Virus record (IMG/VR): IMGVR_UViG_3300010226_000003
Source: an uncultured virus (IMG/VR IMGVR_UViG_3300010226_000003)
Taxonomy: Duplodnaviria > Heunggongvirae > Uroviricota > Caudoviricetes
Direction: 5' to 3' (one strand)
DNA length: 64,000 nt
The notes beneath the pieces are model-generated. The model was given only the letters and a program-made list of their open reading frames with translations, did not search any database and was not told the origin of the DNA. Position 1 is the first letter of the stretch. Each line of letters begins with the position of its first letter. This document shows positions 58,245 through 64,000 of the stretch, one piece after another. The translations under genes and the position numbers were made by a program.

Positions 58245-58742
58245 TCAGAATTTGATTGAATCCATCTCTGACCAGTAGTAGAAGCCTCTTAGTTCCATTA
58301 GTATAGAACCAAGGACATTACCACCCTTACCGTTACACCGGCCCCAGAATGTATCTCCCCAGTCATTACCTTCGACTAGCAAAGCTGCACCTGTTGCCAT
58401 GAGCTTAATCTTTAGATCCTCGTTCTGATCGAACTTAGCTCTTACGGTGTCTCTCATACAACGTACCTTGATTTGCTCCCACTTGTCAAGGTCAATGTCT
58501 ACCTGCTTGCCAAGCTTCTTAGTCTCACCGGGCGTTTCACAATCAAGAATAGCAGCGATGTATGCGTACTGCTCTTGCTGAGTGCCAGTCATCGCACGAT
58601 ACTTTGACGCCTGAAAGGCAGCTTCATTAGTCTTGAATGTCAGATTGCCCAGCTTTACGGGGGCTGAATAGAAATTGGAGAGGTAGTAATCCTCACCAAC
58701 GAACTTCACGATTGGACTTGTTCTCACGTTCACGCCTCTCAC
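58245..58742 (-). CDS. NADAR (YbiA-like) family protein
   Basis: LSNFY, EAAFQASK, KFDQN..LK..LMATG..LVEGNDWGDTFWG...NVLGSILMELR. Confidence 0.9.
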   Translation of the reverse strand: MRGVNVRTSPIVKFVGEDYYLSNFYSAPVKLGNLTFKTNEAAFQASKYRAMTGTQQEQYAYIAAILDCETPGETKKLGKQVDIDLDKWEQIKVRCMRDTVRAKFDQNEDLKIKLMATGAALLVEGNDWGDTFWGRCNGKGGNVLGSILMELRGFYYWSEMDSIKF

Positions 58743-59119
58743 TGACTACGTAGAACCACCTGCAAATAAAAAGAATTAGAAGGAGCCATACTATGACCCC
58801 TCCTATTAAAACAATTCTCATGCCATCATTCCGAAGAACCATGCAGCCCTGTGGGCTACACTACAGAAGAACAGTCGTCGCATCTTGTCACCGAATGTTT
58901 CGAAACAGATACTTTCGTCGCATTCCCCACCACACGCAGCACACGTCATATGATCATCCCCTTCGATCAGTAATGTGGCTTGTCAACTCATATGAGTAGT
59001 GACCGATGGCCACTCCGACAACGCCTAGAATCAAACCAATTACCTGTGCTATGTAAACGTTCATGGTTAAACGATACTCTCGTGCTGGTTATCTGTCAAG
59101 GTACGGCAAAGGCCGCTGA

Positions 59120-59422
59120 TTACTCAGCGGCCAGTTCCGTCCTTAGAGCTAGGATGGTACGGCCCTTTAGTTCTCGCGTAGGTTCGCCGTTGACGAATTC
59201 ATAAATGCGCGGTACTGACATGACATCGTACGTAATCCTAATTGCCTCGGCCTCGTCAATGTCCACATAAACGACAGGATAGTCAAGCTCCTCGCTTAGT
59301 GCTATGACATGCGGCGCAAGTGCACGACAAGGCGCACACCACGCCGGGGCAGAGAAAACAACTAGTGCTCTTTCCTTTACCTGCTCCTCCAGATTTGGAA
59401 GAGAGGCAACATTAACTAGAAT
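59120..59422 (-). CDS. thioredoxin (apparent ATT start)
   Basis: Hand translation ILVNVASL...FSAPAWCAPCRALAP...VDID...VMSVP; missed by ORF track. Confidence 0.85.
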   Translation of the reverse strand: MLVNVASLPNLEEQVKERALVVFSAPAWCAPCRALAPHVIALSEELDYPVVYVDIDEAEAIRITYDVMSVPRIYEFVNGEPTRELKGRTILALRTELAAE

Positions 59423-59425
59423 TGC

Positions 59426-59845
59426 TTACCTCCTCATTGCTCGGAATGACGGAGCAAGGCGCTCAACAGCCTTAGCAATGTCTTCCGGATTTCCATTGAC
59501 GTAAATGTTAACAGTCACATTCACATCGCCGGACTTCTCTTCGACAGAGTTGAACTCAGGATGCATCTCAAGAGGCTTCTTGTCCTGTAGTTTGTAGAAC
59601 TTAACTCTGTCACCCCAGCCCTGTGAATTGTACTGCCCCTTGATGTATCGGTTGTAGTAAACTCCAACACTCAGGGCAGAATGCAGACGATTGAACTCGT
59701 CCTCACTCACACCGCTGTAAACCTGTACATCTCCACGATTGAAAAGAACAGCAAGCTTCTGCTCGTCCTTATTGAAGTAGACACCCTCAATGACGCTGCT
59801 GTTTGCAGTGAAGTGACTGGTGTATGGGAACTCGTACTGATTCAT
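59426..59845 (-). CDS. KTSC domain protein
   Basis: SSVIEGVYFN...LAVLFNRGDVQVYSGV...SVGVYYNRYIKG. Confidence 0.8.
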   Translation of the reverse strand: MNQYEFPYTSHFTANSSVIEGVYFNKDEQKLAVLFNRGDVQVYSGVSEDEFNRLHSALSVGVYYNRYIKGQYNSQGWGDRVKFYKLQDKKPLEMHPEFNSVEEKSGDVNVTVNIYVNGNPEDIAKAVERLAPSFRAMRR

Positions 59846-59866
59846 TTAATTCCTTCGTAGATGGCT

Positions 59867-60139
59867 TTACGGAGTCTGTTGATCAGCGTCCGCATTTTCT
59901 TCTTCAATTGTTCCATGATGAGCATAAACGTCTAGCTTGCCCTCCGCATCCTTTACGACAATCAGACGACCAACGTAAACCCATGTACCCACCGGCTCAT
60001 CCTTGAGTTTACCTTTGATCTTATCCAGAGTGTCTTCTAGATCGCGGACTGTTGGCTTCTTAAGCCTTCCGTTTACTCTCCAGCGATACTGCTTTTCATC
60101 AAACAGCTTTCGCAATTCCTGAGCAAGTTCGATCACCAT
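59867..60139 (-). CDS. hypothetical protein
   Basis: 90-aa ORF in operon. Confidence 0.6.
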   Translation of the reverse strand: MVIELAQELRKLFDEKQYRWRVNGRLKKPTVRDLEDTLDKIKGKLKDEPVGTWVYVGRLIVVKDAEGKLDVYAHHGTIEEENADADQQTP

Positions 60140-60342
60140 TCACCATGTCTCTCAAGGTACATAGCGACAGCATCATGAAGTTGTGCTGATACGATGAACG
60201 CCTGCTTTGTGTAGTGATCTGGATCTTCGATCTGCTCTGTCAAAATGGAGAGGAGCAGTCCGAAACCCTTATTAAGACTGGCAATTGCCGCCTTGTCTGA
60301 GTCTAGAACTGCCCCTTCCACAGTAAGTCTGTATTCGTCCAT
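60133..60342 (-). CDS. hypothetical protein
   Basis: AAGGA RBS. Confidence 0.6.
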   Translation of the reverse strand: MDEYRLTVEGAVLDSDKAAIASLNKGFGLLLSILTEQIEDPDHYTKQAFIVSAQLHDAVAMYLERHGEW

Positions 60343-60374
60343 GTCTTCCTTTCAACTACCTCTATAGTAGTTGA

Positions 60375-60569
60375 TTAACTGACCACCGTCAAGCTGTTTA
60401 GTGGCCAGACAAACTTGTTCATGCCGTTTCCATCGGGCCTAGGGCTTAATGGAGAAAGCCATACGAGGTCTTGTCCCCTCTTATTTAGAACCTTTGCCCT
60501 AAAGCCGTTCCATGGCCCCTCGTGGTACAACTCTACGGTGCTGTTGCCATAGATGGTGTTGCCCGCCAT
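60375..60569 (-). CDS. hypothetical protein
   Basis: MAGNTIYG...SPRPDG..FVW, similar to 61118 repeats. Confidence 0.55.
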   Translation of the reverse strand: MAGNTIYGNSTVELYHEGPWNGFRAKVLNKRGQDLVWLSPLSPRPDGNGMNKFVWPLNSLTVVS

Positions 60570-60579
60570 GTCCTTCAAA

Positions 60580-60825
60580 TTACGCCCTCTTCTCGTGAAG
60601 GTGGAGATACTGAGTCGGAATGTAAACAATTCGCTGGTCATAGTCTGCTGGCCTGCTCTGCTCAATTGAAAGAAGAACTGTGCCATCAGGAAGAGGAACA
60701 CTCATCACCATACAGATGACATTGTTCCACTTCTTAAGGTTGCGAGGTGCACCCTTAATCTTGACGTAATCGACCTTGTTTACAGGCTTGCCCTTGGGAT
60801 CATTGAAGCTGAACTGTACAGCCAT
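60580..60825 (-). CDS. hypothetical protein
   Basis: 81 aa, overlap with neighbour. Confidence 0.55.
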   Translation of the reverse strand: MAVQFSFNDPKGKPVNKVDYVKIKGAPRNLKKWNNVICMVMSVPLPDGTVLLSIEQSRPADYDQRIVYIPTQYLHLHEKRA

Positions 60826-61010
60826 TACTTCCTCTTCGCTCGCTTGGCGTCCTCACGGGACTTGGTCAGGTCTCTGATGAAATTGTCACAGTCAATGTCA
60901 TCAACTGTGAATGAACTTAGCAATCTTCCCTTGAAGTAAAGTTCAATGGTGACGTGGCCTTCATTTCCCCACGCGAATCTATATTTGTCAAACCTCATTT
61001 GACCTCCCAT
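60825..61010 (-). CDS. hypothetical protein
   Basis: 61 aa; start may be MRFDK with GGAGG RBS. Confidence 0.55.
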   Translation of the reverse strand: MGGQMRFDKYRFAWGNEGHVTIELYFKGRLLSSFTVDDIDCDNFIRDLTKSREDAKRAKRK

Positions 61011-61016
61011 AGAAAG

Positions 61017-61096
61017 CTCCCCAGGTAGGATTCGAACCTACGTCGCTAGTCCTGATTCAAAGTCAGGCGGCCCCTGCCAAACAGAGCAACTGGGGA
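61017..61096 (-). tRNA. tRNA-Gln(TTG)
   Basis: acceptor TCCCCAG/CTGGGGA, anticodon arm CCTGA-CTTTGAA-TCAGG, T arm GTAGG-TTCGAAT-CCTAC; enlarged variable loop. Confidence 0.85.
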
Positions 61097-61117
61097 ATAG
61101 CCCCGAAGGGCACTGGA

Positions 61118-61561
61118 TCAATCAGTCATCAGACTTTCAAGAGTCCAGAAGAACTCGTTGGAATCAATGTCAATTCCATCAGGCCGAGGTCCGTCGAGCT
61201 TAATCCGAACCTTGTCGTTGACGGGCTTACGAGTCGTACGACCAGTGAGACCCTGCCACTTCTCAAGATAGGGGTTCTTGTGCAACTCTTCGTAAGTATT
61301 GACAATCATCACCCGCGTACCAACGGGCATTGATTCATTAACCTTTTCTGGTGTAGTGGCACCATCGATAACCATCTGAGTACGCTTCCAGAAGAACGGT
61401 GAACGCTTGAATCCATCAGGACGATCACTCTCAGGCTTCACCCAGACATACCCATTTCTGAATTCGTCAGGCTCAACGACTTCACATCGAATACCTGCCC
61501 ATCCCGCTCCAGCGTCAGGATCGTTCTTGAGAATGACGATGCTACCAACTTCGAGATTCAT
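61118..61561 (-). CDS. hypothetical protein with tandem SH3-like repeat
   Basis: two RPDG...FFW units. Confidence 0.7.
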   Translation of the reverse strand: MNLEVGSIVILKNDPDAGAGWAGIRCEVVEPDEFRNGYVWVKPESDRPDGFKRSPFFWKRTQMVIDGATTPEKVNESMPVGTRVMIVNTYEELHKNPYLEKWQGLTGRTTRKPVNDKVRIKLDGPRPDGIDIDSNEFFWTLESLMTD

Positions 61562-61571
61562 TTTGCCTCCA

Positions 61572-61787
61572 TCAAGTGGCTTCGTTACAAGGATACTCTC
61601 TGCATCGCTCGATTGTCAACGTGCCCTGCGGATGCAGCAGCTCGTGAAATTTCTGAGCAATGGAGAAGTCGAGACCGATCGCCTCTGCCCTCTGCCTTAC
61701 ATGTTCATCATACTCGCCGTCGCGTAGTGCGTCAAGGAAGCCTTCCTCGAATTCCTCTTCATCTACCCATACTTCGATGTAACCCAT
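61572..61787 (-). CDS. hypothetical protein
   Basis: 71-aa acidic ORF. Confidence 0.6.
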   Translation of the reverse strand: MGYIEVWVDEEEFEEGFLDALRDGEYDEHVRQRAEAIGLDFSIAQKFHELLHPQGTLTIERCREYPCNEAT

Positions 61788-61790
61788 TGA

Positions 61791-61982
61791 TCATCCGATC
61801 TCGTCTGTGAAGTCTAGTAGACTCCATCCCTTTACTTCAAGTGATTGCTTGTATTGCTTGCCATGATGCCCGCAGAACAGAAGAACAAGATCTTCCTTCT
61901 CTGCAATTACGAATGCTTGAGCGCCGCACTTATCGCAACGATCTTCTGTCTTATTCAGCGGACGTTCCGCAACTGTTTGCAT
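61791..61982 (-). CDS. small zinc-binding protein
   Basis: DRCDKCGAQA...LLFCGHH. Confidence 0.7.
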   Translation of the reverse strand: MQTVAERPLNKTEDRCDKCGAQAFVIAEKEDLVLLFCGHHGKQYKQSLEVKGWSLLDFTDEIG

Positions 61983-62013
61983 AGTGCTCCTTACTTAGCA
62001 CAACACCCCTAGC

Positions 62014-62316
62014 TTATGGGCCAGGGGGTTGATTGTTTTGTAGCTGCCTCATGGCTGCTTCTAGTTCACTCTTTACCTTGATGAAGTTGTCCATCAATTC
62101 GTAATACTTTCCACGCCACTTGTCTAGGTCGGCTTCAACATTGTTCAGCTCTTGCTTTAGACCCTGAATCTCGGTCCTTAGTTCACTTCTGAGCTGAGCG
62201 GCAGTATCGTCCCGAACCTTGCTACGACTGAGCCAGTGTTCGACAAACTTAAGTCCAACCCCACCCAGCACTGTACCAATCAAGGCAATCCAAGCCGTAG
62301 TAATCTCGGGCATCAT
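62014..62316 (-). CDS. 1-TM coiled-coil membrane protein
   Basis: N-terminal TM then heptads. Confidence 0.75.
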   Translation of the reverse strand: MMPEITTAWIALIGTVLGGVGLKFVEHWLSRSKVRDDTAAQLRSELRTEIQGLKQELNNVEADLDKWRGKYYELMDNFIKVKSELEAAMRQLQNNQPPGP

Positions 62317-62714
62317 CTCAGCAACCTTATCCTAAAGTATAGGAATGCCACGATGAGCATAAGAGTAAGGCTGAATACCCATGTTAGAGGTACAAACCCA
62401 ATTGTTAGCCATCTGAGCAATGTCATGAATCCATAGCTCAATGATGCCATAAATAGACCAGTTGCCTCTAGTGTTCGCTTCGCTCTCTTAGCACCGGCCA
62501 TAATAGCCAGCGCCGTTGAAGCATAGAAGGCACCAATAATCATTCTCACGTAGGTTGAATCAATTGCCTGTCCCAAAGGTGTCGTGGCACTAGGCTGATA
62601 CAACCAACTCATCGTATACAATCCGGAGACCAAAAGACCAACAGCTATTATCACCTCGATAATCACGAGGGGATGGGCGTAAGCCTTGACTAGAACTGCT
62701 GATATCTTGGACAT
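62313..62714 (-). CDS. 4-TM membrane protein
   Basis: four hydrophobic helices; leaderless promoter. Confidence 0.75.
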   Translation of the reverse strand: MSKISAVLVKAYAHPLVIIEVIIAVGLLVSGLYTMSWLYQPSATTPLGQAIDSTYVRMIIGAFYASTALAIMAGAKRAKRTLEATGLFMASLSYGFMTLLRWLTIGFVPLTWVFSLTLMLIVAFLYFRIRLLR

Positions 62715-62745
62715 ATGCAAATTGTAATCATTGATGAGTTAAAAG

Positions 62746-62994
62746 TCAATCAATCAAGTCTTCAACAGCTTCCGCAACTTCCTGTGCGAGCCAAATCTCA
62801 GTCTCAGTGAGTGTTGTCATTCTTTTAACTTGATACCTATTAATGTATAGGCGCAAAAATTGGGCCTTTTCAGCGGCACCAGAGATCTCTTCTGGAGTTG
62901 CTTCTGATCTTAGCACAAGCTTAATGGTGATCCAGATGCTCTTCGTAAGATCCTTTATGCATTCTGCTGTTGAATACTCGTCATCAAAGTACAT
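62746..62994 (-). CDS. hypothetical protein
   Basis: GGAGG RBS. Confidence 0.6.
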   Translation of the reverse strand: MYFDDEYSTAECIKDLTKSIWITIKLVLRSEATPEEISGAAEKAQFLRLYINRYQVKRMTTLTETEIWLAQEVAEAVEDLID

Positions 62995-63019
62995 TATCCT
63001 CCCGTCAAGGGGATTTTAT

Positions 63020-63078
63020 TGCGGCCGGTAGGGATTCGAACCCCATAGTTCCCTAGTCTTGGCTAGTATACCCGGCCT
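63020..63078 (-). pseudogene. truncated tRNA-like element lacking a D arm
   Basis: GGCCGG/CCGGCC acceptor-like stem, GGGG-TTCGAAT-CCCT T arm, CTAG-CCAAGA-CTAG hairpin. Confidence 0.45.
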
Positions 63079-63084
63079 GATGGC

Positions 63085-63315
63085 TTAATTCAAATGGTCC
63101 TCTGTGATGGCTCCACCGACGTAAAGCTCATTATCTAGCCATCTGCTTACGTCGGTGCCTGAACGAGCCATCAGAATTATAAGCCACCTAGGCTCTCGTT
63201 CGTTTGCCGCACATTCGGAGCAAACCACGAAATCCATATCTGGATTCAGCCGTGACTTGTAATTCACCAGTGAATTTCTCTGCTTGTCACAGATCTGACA
63301 AACCAGTTCGCTCAC
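63085..63315 (-). CDS. zinc-finger hypothetical protein
   Basis: CQIC...CSEC. Confidence 0.65.
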   Translation of the reverse strand: MSELVCQICDKQRNSLVNYKSRLNPDMDFVVCSECAANEREPRWLIILMARSGTDVSRWLDNELYVGGAITEDHLN

Positions 63316-63491
63316 TCCTCTTCATATCCAATCTCTCCAATGACCTCAAGGTCATCGTTTTCGAAATACTCGTTGAACTCAATTCCGCCTACAGAATACT
63401 GAACCTTACACATATAGCTGTGTACCTCAGTGATTATTCCGTAGACACCTTCACTGACTACCAGAACCACTTGGCTTTCCCGGTGCATCAT
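63312..63491 (-). CDS. small hypothetical protein
   Basis: MMHRESQVVLVVSEGVYG..., GGAGG RBS. Confidence 0.55.
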   Translation of the reverse strand: MMHRESQVVLVVSEGVYGIITEVHSYMCKVQYSVGGIEFNEYFENDDLEVIGEIGYEEE

Positions 63492-63681
63492 GGACCTCCA
63501 AAATACAGTTTACACCAAGAGAACGGATCTTTTTAATCAGGTCGCTGATCTGCTCGGTGATCAACATCCTGTTATGTTCAGAAAGGTGATCGAAGGTACT
63601 GCTGTAGGCTCTCAGAGCGAAGTTAGGAACGTCATGCTGCGTTGCAGGGTATTGAACNNNNNNNNNNTTCTCTACCCTCAT
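63451..63681 (-). CDS. hypothetical protein (N-gap 63658-63667 near start)
   Basis: MRVE...VQYPATQHDVPNFALR... Confidence 0.5.
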   Translation of the reverse strand: MRVEXXXXVQYPATQHDVPNFALRAYSSTFDHLSEHNRMLITEQISDLIKKIRSLGVNCILEVHDAPGKPSGSGSQ

Positions 63682-63989
63682 TCGCTCAGCCTCTCCTTGA
63701 TTCTTTCCCATGTTTCCGGAGTCTTGTGAGCATTGCGATACTTATCTACTCTAGCAGCGTTCCAATAAACGCCGCCCCAAACTCCGAAGCCTGAGTTCTC
63801 CTTGGCTGCCATTGCGCATTGCTTCATGACTGGACAGCGAAGGCACATTTCATCTACGTATCGGGCAGAGATTTTATCCTCTTCGTAAGTCTCGAAGAAG
63901 AAGGAAGTGGGAAGACCACGACATAGAGCCAAGTCTTCCCACTGTACTTCATCCGGACTTATGCCCCTCTGTTCAAGAATTCCGGACAT
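63678..63989 (-). CDS. whiB: WhiB family transcription factor
   Basis: WEDLALC...FF...CLRCPVMKQC...GVWGG. Confidence 0.9.
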   Translation of the reverse strand: MSGILEQRGISPDEVQWEDLALCRGLPTSFFFETYEEDKISARYVDEMCLRCPVMKQCAMAAKENSGFGVWGGVYWNAARVDKYRNAHKTPETWERIKERLSE

Positions 63990-64000
63990 TGCGAGAAGGT

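Noticed and set aside
59000..59065. tRNA suggested by AGAATCAAACC
   Set aside because: No cloverleaf; better explained as a small minus-strand membrane-peptide ORF.

Overview
This window is 64 kb of a large lytic Streptomyces-type siphophage genome. Gene order and content resemble SEA-PHAGES cluster BE/BK (Stanwilliamsviridae-like); this placement is from recognition, not a search. It is a draft assembly with five 10-N gaps. Positions 1-37.9 kb (minus strand, read from 37.9 kb toward 1) carry a glycosyltransferase, class II RNR, endolysin, portal, protease/scaffold, major capsid, head-tail, major tail, tail chaperones, tape measure, minor tails, HNH, phosphoesterase, holin and DnaB helicase. 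Positions 38.5-44 kb (plus strand) carry a transglycosylase, HNH, tRNA-Thr, Dps, a membrane protein with an internal GTGACA array, and ThyX. Positions 44.3-55.6 kb are a GC-rich early-type region built of repeated hairpin-GCCGCCCCGG-promoter-gene cassettes (Lsr2, ParB-like, L7/L12-CTD-like paralogs, Gp88-like, DUF932). Positions 55.5-56.8 kb are a non-coding origin-like region with iterons and two perfect DnaA boxes. Positions 56.8-64 kb (minus strand) carry NADAR, thioredoxin, KTSC, tRNA-Gln and WhiB. The most striking observations are: 24 exact GTGACA/TGTCAC hexamers in about 440 bp within and just past a membrane-anchored putative DNA-binding gene; the cassette array; the DnaA-box/iteron region; candidate structured RNAs with complementary loops; and apparent AUU/AUA start codons.
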